64,000 nt of DNA from Octopus vulgaris (Eukaryota), in NCBI GenBank assembly GCA_951406725.2, contig OX597816.1:80786001-80850000 (forward strand), given 5' to 3'. The position numbers and the translations under genes were made by a program. This document shows, in pieces, positions 12,953 to 27,993 of the stretch (position 1 is the first letter of the stretch; the number at the start of each line of letters is the position of its first letter). The notes beneath the pieces are model-generated. The model was not told the DNA's origin and made no database searches. It saw only the letters and a list, made by a program, of their open reading frames with translations.

Positions 12953-13170
12953 AAGACAGTGAGCTGGCAGAATCGTTATCACGCCGGGCGAAATGCTTAG
13001 CGGTATTTCGTTACTTCTTACGATCTGAGTTCAAATTTCTCCGTGGTCGACTTTGCATTTGATCCTTTCGGAATTGATAAAATAAGTACCAATTTAGCAG
13101 TGGAGCTGATGCAGTCGACTTAACACCTCCTCCGAAATTACTAGTCTTGTGCCAAAGTTTGAAACCAATG
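12953..13170 (+). mobile_element. SINE family A
   Basis: GAGCTGGCAGAATCGTTATCACGCCGGGCGAAATGCTTAGCGGTATTTCG...GGTCGACTTTGCATTTGATCCTTTCGG. Confidence 0.9.
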
Positions 13171-13629
13171 TTTCGGGGTACTGTTGTCCTTACATTTATA
13201 CCTTTAGTATTTTTCAGAGAATAACATCTACTCGGTCTTGGAGGCTTAAATCTACTACTTTGACACTTGCATCCCCTTACAGACGACCTTACTACTGGAA
13301 GCATTCTGCTGTAGGTCTCCCTTAAAAGTTTAAGTTGACTGATTGATTTTCGGTGGCACTATCGGAGATAATTCCTATGCAAGTAATTGGTATAATAATA
13401 TACCACTGCCCTCTTGTTAATTTTTTAGACCTTGCAAAATTTAATGTACGGTGTCTTTCTCTCTCTGACTTAGCCACGAAAATGTATGATATAACAATTA
13501 TAACTAATTATATGTTGGAAATCACAGTTTAATGTTAAAAATCATTACAAATACTTATATCATTTGATCTTCATAATATATCAGAGTGGAACATTTAATA
13601 TAATATTAAAAAAATATGCACTCACAACA

Positions 13630-13850
<221 letters not shown>

Positions 13851-14126
13851 AAGCGCAGACAAGCCCATATATATGCATTTGCATAGGAATGCAAATCAAG
13901 AATTTTTTTGTTAATTCTATTCTTACGAAAGTTAATTTCTTTTTAAACTCCTGGGAGCAATTTATATCGACAATAAATATGGAATGGCTGGTTACTAATT
14001 GTTGAAAAGCTGGGCATTACATTAAAGTTCTTGTTAAATAAAATACATTCAATAAGCATAAAATATGTACATGAACATATCTACGAGTGTAGTATGTGTA
14101 TTGATATGTGTACGTGTTTATGTGTG

Positions 14127-14174
<48 letters not shown>

Positions 14175-14342
14175 CAAGGAGAGAGAGAAAGGAAGAACGA
14201 AAGAAGAAAGGGAAAAAGAAAAGGAATATGCGTATTTATATATATATATATTAATTTGAATCGGAAATGTAAAATTTTATCGTAAAGAATACACGCACAA
14301 AATTTTATTACATTAATTTTTACTCTGAAGAGTTTTATCAAT

Positions 14343-14481
<139 letters not shown>

Positions 14482-15019
14482 GAATAATAATAACAACGTC
14501 AACAGCAATAAAAATAATAATAATAAACATGATAATAGTAATAACAACCACACCTATGACAATGTTATTATTATTATTATTATTTACTGCAGCAACCTTT
14601 ATAGTCAGGAGAAATAAAGTATATACATATAAAAGATTACTGGATTTCTACGGTTCATTAAACAATGAAATAGCTGTATTTTATTGCACACATTAATCCG
14701 ACCTTTACGTACCTGTGTTTGTAGAGTTAAACTATAAAGTATATTAGTATACATTCATAAAAGAGATAAAGGAATAACCTGAAAACTTAACTGATAAAAA
14801 TGGCGATACACGCACACGCTCAAATTTTTGTGCGTGCTTAGTTACCTAATATATATAGTTGCAATTTGTATGTGTGATGCGTGTTACACACACATATGTT
14901 GAAGTATATATGATATACATATATATTATGATATGTACATGTATAATATAATATATATACATATACATGATATATGTATAAATATATACATGCATACATA
15001 CATGTATACAAACATATAC

Positions 15020-15085
<66 letters not shown>

Positions 15086-15824
15086 TTACATTATATTATA
15101 TTATATTATATTATATTATATTATATTATATTATATTATTTTATATTATATATCATGTATATATATCATGTATATTCATTTCGCACACCGAAACACTTAC
15201 AGATCTATATGAATACGAAAGTTTGTATCACACATGGCAGACCTGTGAAATTTTAAAATTTAAATATTCTAACAAGTGTTAGAATATATATGGAGGAGAA
15301 TGGTAAAACACAAATATGCATTTAAAAGAAAAAAGAAAAAAAAACTTAGATGTTTATATAAATTAGCACGAACAAACGGAAACACTCACACAAACATATA
15401 CAGAAAGATGAGAGAGACAGACAGAGACATAGAGAATGAGACATACATTATTCTGAAGTGATATCAACAACCAAGTATTCCTAATTCCCTGTTCAATGAA
15501 AGGTAGCAATTTCCAATGTATTGATAATTCTTGTAGTGGCCTTTATAAATTTGATTACTCCTGAATTCGTTATTTTATTCATTCAATTATATATTTCTTC
15601 CCAACTTAATCCTATTAGATGAAACACCGATAAAGACAACACACAGAAAAAAATGGAAGCTTTTATAAAATCTATTGATTAAATCATTAGAAATTATATT
15701 GCTTTATTACGAAAGTTTTATGTGTGGTTGCCTTCGTAAGATATATTAAGTGCTTCGGAGTGAAAATATGTTGTTATTGTCAATACACACCCATTCACCC
15801 AGATACATGCACACACACACACAC

Positions 15825-15858
<34 letters not shown>

Positions 15859-15872
15859 TGAATGTATGTACA

Positions 15873-15907
<35 letters not shown>

Positions 15908-18294
15908 ATGTATATATATTACGATTCCTGATTGGCATTAATTCATTTTATATCTATATTCATGAGATTGTTTTCCAAACTATTGATCACATCCTTCACG
16001 AAGTGAATTACAGGCAACTCGAATAATGGCGAAAGCAATGACGGCGACGCTAATGACAACGCTGACAACGGTGTTGAGGATGAGGACGAAGGGAAGCGAA
16101 CGATTAGAACGCTGTTGACAAGGAGGAGTATAAGATAAAAGACTATGCTCTGCCTTGAGGTCAAAGGGTGCAGACTTTGATGAAAGGCAAGTGGTGGAAA
16201 ATTGTTGGCTGGAAAAAGACTTTCATAAAAGATATTATGTTTGAAGAGCGTCTTTCAAGGATTAGCAAAACAAAGTTCGACGAATGCAGCAAAGATGATC
16301 ATTACAGAAGCTAATGGAGATGGTGGTAGCAGTGGTCGTGGTCGTGCTGGTGGTGGTGGTAGTGGTGATGGAGGCTGCCGTCACTGTCATTTTTGTAGGA
16401 GCTTTTTGTAGGTGGTGATAACGTTGTTGTGAGAATGTTAGTGGTTGTGACAAGACCGGTTTTTATTTCTATTTCCAGATCTTCCTTGGCCGAATAGACG
16501 CATGATCAATGACGTTCCCGACATGACCATCCAACTTTTTTATTTATTTAAATCTCTGTTCCCTAATGTATCCGCTACTTAAAAAGACAGGAGATGGGGT
16601 TGCTATTTGTAGAGGGTCCTGCTAACACGTAGAATAGTTCTTCTCAGACTATGCGGTATTTCTCCCGATGGACAATTTCATATGTGTACTGGGGACAAAC
16701 GGGACGATAGGAAGGGAGAAATAGATTCCTCGAATTTTAAAATTTATTTTCAATTTTTATTCCGAACGCGAATCATCTGGTAATATAAGTAGTTTTGACA
16801 TTGCACATTATACTGATGGAATGACTTGAAAGTAACTTTGGAATCAACCAGTCCGCAACGATATTTTGTAGGGTGTTTAATCTTGCTGAATCATACGAAA
16901 GGGGTTTTAGAAAAGTATTTCTAATAGAAAAGGCTCTAAACATTGCTTTAATATTATTAATAGTATTGATTTGGGTGGTGGTGGTGTTGGAGGTTGTCGT
17001 TATGGCGATTGCAATGATTTGCGTGATATTGATGGGAAGGTGGTGGATTTAGAGAAATGTGCCATTCCTTGGTTGTGTTAGGGGTGTTGGTGATAATTTT
17101 TTTGTTTTTATTTATTTTTTTTTTTGCATTTTTATGTGGTTTGGATGTGAGATGAACAAGAATTGCTGATTTCGCAAGAGCAGCTACGTCGAATAGAAGG
17201 AGAAATGAGAAAAGAATTGAAAATAAAAAAAAAAGGAAGAAAGAAAAAGAGGAAGGTCACAAGGTTTCAGATTGACTGGCATAAATAATAGAAAAGACTA
17301 AGTGGTGATAATGGAAATGATTCTTTGACAAGTCAGGTAGTAGTGTATCGTAAATGGAAAAAGAAGGATACTGAGACAGAATGTGATTAATACGCAGATG
17401 GAAACAGCATTAACGCGAAAAGAATACATACATAAACACACGTTGGTAATTAAATAGTGACAAGATGAAGGAGAAGGTTCAAGGGATTTGGGATCAAAAA
17501 GATACTTAAGTTGGGTAGATGTCAATAAAAAGCCACAAGATCAAAAAGTGAAAAGGTTAAAAATGGTCATTTGTACATAGCTAGCACGGTTGTGTCCAGG
17601 GACATCATAACCAAAGCTTTTACGATTTAAAGACACAAATTGATCCTTTTAGTTTGTTATTATGTTCAGCAAAAATAATATCACGTTTAAGGGTTTAAGG
17701 TTATTAAATGAAATGATTAACAGGACAGACTTTTTGTTTGAATATGAGGAAAAGGGAAAAGGAAATACAGAGAAAATGAGAGCGATGGACATGATCTTTT
17801 GTAAGGACAGAGGTCAGTTGTGAAACATTTACGAATAAAGTTTATTTAGACTATACATTGGGTTTAGTAAAAGATTGTTAATTTTGTACGTAGCTACCTT
17901 TTCTTAAGTGCAAACGTATGCGCGCAGAAAGAAAATACATGTAGACCCACATGCATGCACAGATATATTTCGGTGTTCAAAGAGAAGCAACAAATAGACT
18001 TAGTTATTTGACTTGAGTTAATTTAGTTAAAAGGATATTTGCTACGAGTGCTGTAACGAACATTGTGTGACTGAATAAACTGCCGAAACCATTCCCTGAA
18101 TATATTATAAGATCCTTTGAATTCCCGCTAGATAATTCAGATGCCCTTCTCAACATACATAATACTTTTTGTTGTAATTATTGTCCTTGTTGTTGTTGTT
18201 ATTGCTATGCGTCAGAATGTGGTACAGTACATATGGTAACAGTCCACTAGTCAAAGTATTAGCAGTTCGTATCATTTCGTCTACGCTACTTGAA

Positions 18295-18440
18295 GTCTAA
18301 CCTCACCTGATCGAAAATGAAACGGGAAAAACGTGAGATGATGTGTTTTGCTCAAGAGCACAACGTGCTGACCCATGTATGAATCGAACCCACGATCAAC
18401 TGATCGTAAGTGCAACAACTTAGCCACTAGGTCACACACG
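18295..18440 (-). mobile_element. SINE family C head, decayed
   Basis: TTTTGCTCAAGAGCACAACG...GAATCGAACCCACGATC...CTTAGCCACTAGG matches the reverse complement of the family C head. Confidence 0.65.
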
Positions 18441-21160
18441 TAACCTAGTCACACACAAACATGTATATATCATATATTATTTGTCAAAACCTTTGTTAAA
18501 ACAAAACACTGGTTTCTGACGAGCACCAGTGAATGAAAACAGTTTCAATGGGTTAAGTCGCGGTTTTGATACTCGACTAATGTATTCATTTCCGTTGCTA
18601 ATGTCTCTGAGAAATGCATGAACGTCACAACTTTCCGAAATTCTTACACAGTAAGTTTTTATAGACTCCTAGATTTTAGGAATATGGATTTCCCTTGATT
18701 ATATAGCATTTGAGTTCGGCCTTCTGGCTTTTCTTAACCTTCAAATCCTGCAGAAGTTAACTTGGGTCTCTATCATTATCGTTGAATGCACAAAATTTGA
18801 ACATTCCCATGCATTCTCTTCTGCCATTCACGCACCGGAATGGTGAGTGGGTAGTTGAAAAACTTGGACACCTAAGGACTTCCTAAACTTATTACTTTTC
18901 TCTTTTTTATTTTATGCCGGTGATAGCAAACAGGATTTCGGCGTAAATCACATAGAACCAAAATAGATAACGCAAGGTATCGATTTTGACGATCTCAAAT
19001 TCTGTCGATCTACCGCCCGATATTTGCATTTTATTCACTAACCCAAAATAAATGATAAACAAAATTGATGTAGATGGAATCTGAGACGGAATATATATCA
19101 CAAGACATTCTATGCAATACGAAAATGAATCTGCCGACTCAACGCCACAATGATTACTCCGGGTCAACAAAATGATTACCAGTCATACTGTATGGTAAAG
19201 TTTGACAATTGAAAAGTCGTTAGTTGGTTCCTCAGCCACAGTGCAGCGGCGTTCCCGTAAACAAGACACCACTGAAGAGCCATACTTACAAACCTCTAAT
19301 TAAATGCTTTTCAGCTGTGTAATTTGTCGATGTATTTTGTGGATATACTGTAAAATTGTCAGTTGATTCAATCACTTACAGATAGCAATTTGACGATAAC
19401 CGAGAAAAGGAAGTAAACTCGTGATATGCTGGCTTTCTATTAAGGAGAAGGCCTGTTTCTCATCCGCTTAACATCATGTGAACAATATCGCCGGTTCGAG
19501 AGACAGAAGTGGTTTGTGCACGGAAATATCATAAATAAAAATCATTCTAATACTGAAAATAAATTTGAAGATAGCAATCAACGGTTTCCTTTACTTTTGG
19601 ACAGTAGCTAATATGACAGCAATCTTCAGGCCGCTTAAAAATTTGTTTCGTTTTATTATTCCTTTTGAAGCTGTCTGAAAGTCAATGTTGACAGATGTGG
19701 AGAATGAGACTTTTATAAAGAACTTTAAAAATCTAAAATCAGAAAGCAAATTTCAAAAAATAACACACTAAAAGATTTATTTCAAATTTTCTATCCTTCG
19801 ACTTTTTTCTGTTTGATTGCTTCTTTATTAATTTGGTGTAATTTTTGTTTTTACGTGTTTTACGTGTATTTATCTTTTTTTAATGGATTTGTTTTCTAAA
19901 TGAATACAAGGACTGCAAACAAATGAAAATGCAGCTAGATTAAAGACATCCAAAAGATGATGCAATGCTTGTAGTTGATTTGCAATAATGCTTTAATTAA
20001 AACATCAAGGCCCAGCATTAAAAATTCTTAACTAAACACTGCAAACCGCTCGTAGAGTAAACGTAAAACTAACCTTGCAGTGAAAGCCTGTGACACAGTA
20101 TCGATTCCCCACTGAAGCCTATTGCACATAAAATTATGGTATTTAATGCATTTCGGAACATCAAAGCCACATTATTTCATTTTAGTATCCTTTAAGATAT
20201 ATTGCCATGTGTTTCGTCAGAATAAACAAATATCTTTTAAATAAAACAGAACAAAAACATTTTTTGCACAACTTATAAAATCTCTGAAAACTGAAATGCA
20301 AGTTTGGATTCCTGAAGTTCATCTTGCCAATGCAATTCGGAACTCTGTAAACATTCCAATTTCTGAGTTCAAAAAATATTTAATGATCCTAACCCCTTGG
20401 AAATAGCATGGGTAACGTAAACCACTTGGCTTTCTTCTTGATTGAAATGAGCAAAGATATAAATTTTCCGAGATGAATACACGGTTACAATTTTTAGAGT
20501 ATCAAGAGTAGTTTATTTAACTGTATTATTGTACTTAGCTTATTGACTTTGTATGCTATAAGCTAAGTCAGATAGACGATTAGTGAATACATTGGTTTCT
20601 GTTAAGTCTTACTTAGCTAAAGCGATTATTCTAAAACATTATTGTTCTTTACACACACACACACACACATACACACACACACACACACACGCACACGTAC
20701 AAACACACACACACACATACATGAATACATGCACATACATACATTTTACAATGGTATTTGAATGAACCAGAAAATGGTTTCCGTGGTGTTTTCATAATTA
20801 TTTTTTCTTTTTCTCTTTTTTAGCTCTCTTCTGCCTCTAGATCTATTGTGAAACGCTTTTGAAATTTGAAGAAAATTTACCACTTTTCAAACATATGATG
20901 TTGGTAAAAAGAAAAATGAAAACAGCATTTTCGGTACATACTTCTCATCGCTTTCAGTCAAGTGTCCAAAGCTTCCGAAGGTTATACATACGTTTATGCT
21001 GTGTACAGAGAAGGTCCTATTACTGAAAGAACTACACTGAAGTGGCTTTCACTCTTCAAGGATAGGTAAGTCTACGTAACAGACAATACTTATTCTGGCG
21101 AGGATCAACCGAACGATCTCATCGACGAAAATCCGTGCCAATGACCCAATTTATCTCATC

Positions 21161-21210
<50 letters not shown>

Positions 21211-21325
21211 ATGTATGTGTGTGTGTATATATATATATGTATGTATGTATGTATATATATGTATGTATGTATGTATATATATATATATATGTTTGTATGT
21301 ATATATATATATATATGTATGTATG

Positions 21326-21358
<33 letters not shown>

Positions 21359-21359
21359 G

Positions 21360-21390
<31 letters not shown>

Positions 21391-21795
21391 GCAGGAGTGG
21401 CTGTATGGTAAGTAGCTTGCTCACCAACCACATGGTTCGGGGTTCAATCCCACTGCATGACACTTTAGACAAATGTCTTCTACTATAGCCTCGGGCCGAT
21501 TTGGTAGACGAAAACTGAAAGAAGCTCGTCGTGTATATATATATACATATGTGTGTGTGTGCGCGCGCGCGTGTGTGTGTATGTGTGTGTGCATGTGTGT
21601 GTGTTTCCTCCCAACATCGCTTGACAACCGATGCGGGTGTGTTTACGCCCCGAAAACTAGCGTTTCGGCAAAAGAGACCGATATAATAAGTACTGTGCTA
21701 ATAAAGAATAAGTCCTGGAGTAGATTTGTTCGACTAAAGGTGGTGTTCCAGCATGGCCGCAGTCAAATGACTAAACAAGTAAAAGAATGAAAGAA
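21391..21795 (+). mobile_element. tRNA-derived SINE, family B, full length with internal (TG)n
   Basis: Head GCAGGAGTGGCTGTATGGTAAG...GGTTCAATCCCAC and tail GGTGGTGTTCCAGCATGGCCGCAGTCAAATGACT. Colinear with 29971-30375 and 63764-63910. Confidence 0.9.
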
Positions 21796-21904
21796 TATAT
21801 ATATGCATATATATATATACAGAGAGAGAGAGAGAGAGATACATACATACATACATATATATATATATATACATACATATATATATATACATAGATACAT
21901 ACAC

Positions 21905-21942
<38 letters not shown>

Positions 21943-22036
21943 ACATACATATATACACATACATACATACATATATACATACATATACGTACATACATAT
22001 ATACATACATATATATACATACATACATACATATAT

Positions 22037-22069
<33 letters not shown>

Positions 22070-22084
22070 CACGTACATATATTA

Positions 22085-22275
22085 TACTCTTTTACTTGTT
22101 TACATACATACTTTAATACAACTCGACCCGGGACTTATATATATATCGGTCTCTTTTATAACGGGGACATAAACACACCAGCATCGGTTGTACATGCTAC
22201 GTATATACATATATACGACAGGCTTCTTTCATACCAAATCCACTACAATACATACATTACATGAACCCGGAACCA
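22085..22275 (-). mobile_element. SINE family B, internally deleted copy
   Basis: ACTCTTTTACTTGTTT...TCGACCCGGGACTTAT...TAAACACACCAGCATCGGTTGT...ATACGACAGGCTTCTTTCA...GAACCCGGAACCAT match 29971-30375. Confidence 0.75.
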
Positions 22276-22281
22276 TACACT

Positions 22282-22316
<35 letters not shown>

Positions 22317-22320
22317 TTAA

Positions 22321-22660
22321 CACTCCTTTCAGATATGCAGAGACCCACACACACACGCAAATACACACACACGCAAATACACACACACTCTCTCACAAGA
22401 CAATGATAAAAATGAAATCCAGACACTTTTTTGAAAAGTGATATTTTGGCCCCCAGCTGGCTTGACCATTGCTAAAAGCCAATGACTGATTGTTTTTGAC
22501 AATTTGACCATTCCTCCTTAACACACTTTCAGATACAAAATGACAAACACACGCGCACACATACACACACTCACAAGACAATGATAAAAAGGAAATACAA
22601 ACAATTTATTGAAAAGTAACATTTGCCCCCCTTGGAGTAAACAGCTGGATTTACAATCAC
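22321..22660. repeat. Diverged tandem duplication with a unit of about 200 bp
   Basis: CTTTCAGATA...CTCACAAGACAATGATAAAAA...GAAAAGT...CCCCC...AGCTGG occurs twice, and a third partial start lies near 22745. Confidence 0.75.
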
Positions 22661-22960
22661 TGTAATCCAAGAATTCTTATTAACAAACCTACCAACTGCA
22701 AAGATATTAACAAAATGTCTCCCCTTCTATTTCCTTTCCTTCTTTTTCAGATACAAAAATACACACACACACACGCACGCACACGTGCACACACACGCAC
22801 ATGCTCTCTCCCACTTTCTCCCCATTCATCACCCTCTTGTACTATCTTATATCTCTCCCCATCACTACACATTCAATAACACTATAAAAATAGTCAAAAT
22901 TTTCCCAGTACATGACTGTTACATATTTTATCGAACCTTCAAGTATTTAAGGTAAAGCCT

Positions 22961-23083
22961 GACCCCGAAATGATGAAAGGCAAAGTCGACCTCGGCGGAA
23001 TTTGAACTCAGAACATAGCGGCAGACGAAATACCGCTAAGCATTTCGCCCAGCGTGCTAACGTTTCTGCCAGCTCGCCGCCTT
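22961..23083 (-). mobile_element. SINE family A, 5' half
   Basis: GATGAAAGGCAAAGTCGACCTCGGCGGAATTTGAACTCAGAAC...TGCCAGCTCGCCGCCTT. Confidence 0.9.
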
Positions 23084-23189
23084 ACAAAACGTAATAATGT
23101 ATATCATGAGCTAAAACTAAAGCATTGTAGACGAATGAGATTGTTTCTACTGTTGTCAGATTTCGCTAGAAATTAATTCAGTGATATTT

Positions 23190-23875
23190 AATATTGATCA
23201 AAACTACTTTGTTTCCATCTGTATGCACACACACACACACTACTTTTCTTTTTCTATCTTTATGCATACAAACACACACACATACACACTCACTGCTTTC
23301 CATCTCTACCCATTACTATTCCTAAGACCTCCATCTCAAAATGCATTGTTTGCATTTTTCAGTAAATTTTAATTATCGATTCAACCGAAATAAAAAGCAA
23401 AATTTAAACAAACTGACATCGATATTTCTTTTCTGCTACATAACTCTCACTTAATATCGAGGTAAGTGAACATAATTGTCGTACAAAAGTAATTTATGAA
23501 CTGCCAAATGCAAATGTACCTCACTCCTACACAATATTGATCAAAACTACTTTGTTTCCATCTGTATGCACACACACACACACTACTTTTCTTTTTCTAT
23601 CTTTATGCATACAAACACACACACATACACACTCACTGCTTTCCATCTCTACCCATTACTATTCCTAAGACCTCCATCTCAAAATGCATTGTTTGCATTT
23701 TTCAGTAAATTTTAATTATCGATTCAACCGAAATAAAAAGCAAAATTTAAACAAACTGACATCGATATTTCTTTTCTGCTACATAACTCTCACTTAATAT
23801 CGAGGTAAGTGAACATAATTGTCGTACAAAAGTAATTTATGAACTGCCAAATGCAAATGTACCTCACTCCTACAC
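23190..23875. repeat. Exact tandem duplication, 2 x 343 bp
   Basis: AATATTGATCAAAACTAC...TCACTCCTACAC at 23190-23532 and again at 23533-23875. No differences seen by eye. Confidence 0.95.
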
Positions 23876-24162
23876 ACACATGCACGCCCAAAACACGCAC
23901 ATGTATGTATGTACGTATGTACGTATGTGTGCATGTATGTACGTATGTATCTGCTTTCTTCTATACGAGCAAGCCATTGCTTCAAAGAATCATTGAAATG
24001 AGTCATTGATAACGCAAGGTGAGGCCCTTGTATCATTCTTGGTACCCTCCAAAGATTTTCACATTTTATTACATTAGTACTGGCTGGCCGAAGGAACCGG
24101 TGCCATAGTATGAAGTCTTTTGACATGTCTTTTTAATTGTTCAACTGAACAGCATACCTTGC

Positions 24163-24229
<67 letters not shown>

Positions 24230-24298
24230 GAGAGGAGAGGTAGGTGTGAGAGGAGAGGTAGGTGTGAGAGGAGAGGTAGGTGTGAGAGGAGAGAGGAG
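24230..24298. repeat. 18 bp minisatellite (GAGAGGAGAGGTAGGTGT) x3 plus a partial copy
   Basis: Directly visible at the 3' end of the Penelope-like element. Confidence 0.9.
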
Positions 24299-24299
24299 G

Positions 24300-25243
24300 A
24301 GGGTTAAATGAAGAGGGGAGGAGAGTTGAGCCCATGAGGGGCAAAGGAGCGAAGAGAGAAGATTAATGTTGTGGTTAAAACACGTAATTGTATACATAAT
24401 CCGAACACAAACAGGTGCTGTAGAGAGTGACCGGCAGAACGGAAATAGCGCGATACCGGGGTGGCGTTGCCGAGTAGGATGTCTCGGAGGTGTTCCGCGA
24501 ACCGGTCAGCAAGCGACGTCCAGTTTGACCGATGTATAGAGAAGGACAGAGAGAGCAAGTGTAAATTGTATATACCTAATATATAGTACATATGCATACA
24601 TAAGGTGTTCGAACTAAAATTGGTGACTTTTTGCAGCAGCGTTGGTGGGAGTAGGCGAACGAGCCGGGTTGGGATGTTGGGTTAGGGAAGACGCTGTGGA
24701 CCAAGAGGTCTCGTAGGTTGTGGGCACGTTTGAAAGAGAGGCGGAGTCGGTTAGGGAAGATGTGCGAAGTGGAGGGATCGGACTGGAGACGCCGGAAAGT
24801 TCGCAGAATGGTGCACTGGAGAGGTAGGGTGGTAGGGTGGTAGGTGAGGGGAAACGGGAGACGGTTGACGGCGGGCGGGTGCGGGGTCCACGGAACGTGC
24901 TCTGGCAAGGACGGTGTGTATAGTGGTGAGGAGATGAAGTGGCGAACCATGAGTTGAGACTGAGTCTGAGAGTCATGGTTGTCACTGCAGACCCTGCATA
25001 GACGGGGGAATTGAGAATAGGGGATGGAAAGCTTGGTGTGTTTAGGGTGGGAGGAGGAGAAGTCGTAGTATAAGTGTGAGTCTATGTGTTTGTAGTGGAT
25101 GGAGGTGGTGAGAGTGGAGTGATGAATGGTGACCGAAACGTCGAGAGAGACGACTGAGGTGTCGGAAATAGTGCAGGAGAAGTGGAGGGCAGGATGAAAA
25201 GATTTGACAAAAGAGAGGAAAGAGTCTAGTTGTTCGAGTGAGG
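24300..25243 (-). mobile_element. Penelope-like retroelement remnant: RT C-terminus, linker and GIY-YIG endonuclease
   Basis: Minus-strand translations: FVKSFHPALHFSCTISDTSVVSLDVSVTI...TSIHYKHIDSHLYYDFSSSHPKHTKLSIPYSQF; PLTYHP...LSFKRAHNLRDLLVHS; LADRFAEHLRDI...PVSRYFRSAGHS. Frameshifted. Confidence 0.9.
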
Positions 25244-27927
25244 TCTCACCGATACAGTCGTCAATATAACGACCGTATAGTTCAGGACTGGGTTATATAT
25301 ATATATATATATTATAAATTTTCGCTGAACCTAATCCAATTTCAATTTATTTATTTATGCGGTTCCTGTCCTGTACGTCAGTTGCATTTTTATGTCACAT
25401 TATCTTATTTTCCCCAGGTATATTTGTTTATTCCCAGGAATGTTTGTGTATATTATGTAAATTCATTCATAAGTTTGTTCCTGTCGCTACATAAGTTTGT
25501 TCCTGTCGCTATTGTTGCAGGTGTATCTTCTTGTATTTGTAGGCCTAACTGCCTTTTACAATAAATCGAGTGATCACGTAACGTTACTCAGATTGCGGTG
25601 GGAAACGAAAAATAGTGTCAATGGCAAATTATTTTTTCCCATATAAACTACTGACGATCGGCATGTTTGTTGTAAAGATACACCACAATAGCTTGTACTT
25701 CCTCAAAGTCTATAAAAGGAGTACTAGAATTGGAGCCGAATTCAAATGATACTTCTTTACTGTTGTGTTGCCTTGTACAACGAACTGCGTGATGTTTGCA
25801 GAGGATAGTTTCCAAAGCGCCGAAATAAGGAAACGCAAAACTGAAACAGGGAATAAAATCTAAATGAATAACACCAAATGAAAACAACAAAAATAGATTA
25901 CTAGAAGCGCCTCCTCGAGAGAAAGATTATGCTTCTACTCAAGCAAGAATTAAGTTGTTGATGAAGAGAATGGCAAACTAAGATTTACCGTTATTCGAAG
26001 ATCGATCCAGGACTTTAGATAATCCCATATCAATGGTGCATGGAGATTGACTATTGAAACGCATTTGGGTTTAGAATATAAGGCACACTTGAAGGACAGG
26101 AAGCGATTTAAAACAATACAAAGATATTACACAGCTTATTATCCATCCATTCAAAAAATATTAGGACACACTCGGGTCAACAAGGCTTCATGGGCTCGCG
26201 AAGAAACACCAAGAATATTCTAACTTGATCCAGTAAGTAGATTCTTAGCAGCGTGTGGGCCAGAGCCTAACAAGATTTGGATGTATTATTTCGTTTTGAA
26301 TTTAAGCATATCTTGCTTAATCATTGCATTCTTTAATATACATTTTCATGCATTTGTGATTTTGTGTAAATGTTAGTAATTTTTATAATTAGTTATCTTG
26401 CCCCTTTAATTTTAAAACCTCTTCCAAATTTCTCCTCGACTACATACAACTTTTCTTTCACTCTCTACATGTATCTGTAAGCAACTTGTTTCATCTGCAC
26501 CGTATTTTCTATATTCTCTCGAGCCCTGGTGGCTTGTAGAGAAAGAATTATTGACTTTGCTTTTCATCATATCAGGAACGCTAAAATAAAGTACAAAGCA
26601 ACTATTGGAATCCACTACACTTTCCCCGAATGTCGGCCTTGTGACAAAATTTAAAACAATTTTGTTATTATTATTATTAGTAGTATTGTAACTAATTTAA
26701 GTAACACACGCACAGATACATACACACACGCGCGCACATGTACACACATACATACATATATATCGATTTCTTCTTATGAATTAAGCATATTAAATGAAAC
26801 AACCCACCTTTAGAAGTCTAGATATTAAATAAATATTGGAGAAATATATGCCCACTAGCCATTGTTCTACCATATAAGTTTAATGAACAGGTAAGCATAT
26901 ACTATAATTGGCCAATGACAAAGGTTCGATTCTTATTTAAATCGATTTCATTTTTGTATGCCACAAGCGCTTTTGGAAGGAAAAAATGCGTGGTAACTTC
27001 TCATGTAGTCTTCTTCCATGATATCGGAGCTTTTCCTCTTACTAAATGTAATCAATAGAAATAATGATTCATTTAATGTAGAAAACATTGTGAGATAATA
27101 TTCTGAGTAATATATTCTATGATATAATTTGATTTCAAACTGAAGATCTTTATATTTATTTAAGATGTAAAGGGAACAATAACCCATTGTCCACTTCCAA
27201 GAAAAAATACATAATTCTCATGCCTACTCAGACAGAACTCAATAACTGGTGTTATTCTTTAGCTCCATATTAGTCATGATCAAGGAGAATACATGATCAA
27301 AGGTGTTCCAGCCGTAAGGATCAATTTCTTTTTATTTCGTTTCTTTTATCAAGTATAGTGTATATGAAATTGCATTATCCAATATGTCCTTTTTCACAAG
27401 CTCTGAGGGAAATTTTGCTTCTATACTTTACCAGGCTGTACAATCCAATAATAGTTACTACATTCCATTAAGCACCGTTGATTTGGGAAATTTTTCAAAA
27501 AACTTACACTCCCCAAACCATTCCGAATCACTTATGACGTTAATGCTTTTCAGATAAGTATAGACGAACGTGACCCTATATCCAGATAAGAATATGAACT
27601 TCTGTCTACTGCATAACAGAGCTTCAAGCATATTCGTTTCTCATTTTGCTTTACAACGATTATTATATGAAAATATAAAACGTAGACCGCAAAACGAAGT
27701 CAATGAAATCCGTACTAGTAATTATTATGGGCTGAAACTGTTAGATACGCCCCTACGCATTACTAGAAAGGCTTTTGCGCCTATGGAAGAAATCAATAGG
27801 CTGGGTTGTACATTGACTGGGTGTGGTTGATGCATAATAAAAGCTTCCACACACACACAGTCTCCCTTTCTCTTTCTCGCACACTCTCACATTCGGTCTT
27901 TCTCACTCACTCTCTCATACTCACGCA

Positions 27928-27930
<3 letters not shown>

Positions 27931-27990
<60 letters not shown>
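27931..27990. repeat. (CT)n microsatellite
   Basis: Directly visible. Confidence 0.95.

Positions 27991-27993
<3 letters not shown>

Noticed and set aside
18505-18560. CTGACGA...GAAAAC hammerhead-like core
   Set aside because: No stem I and a poor stem II. The adjacent GGGTTAA looks more like a transposon end.
25640-26270. Purine-rich segment resembling a decayed DNA transposase
   Set aside because: No catalytic motif or TIR pair identified.
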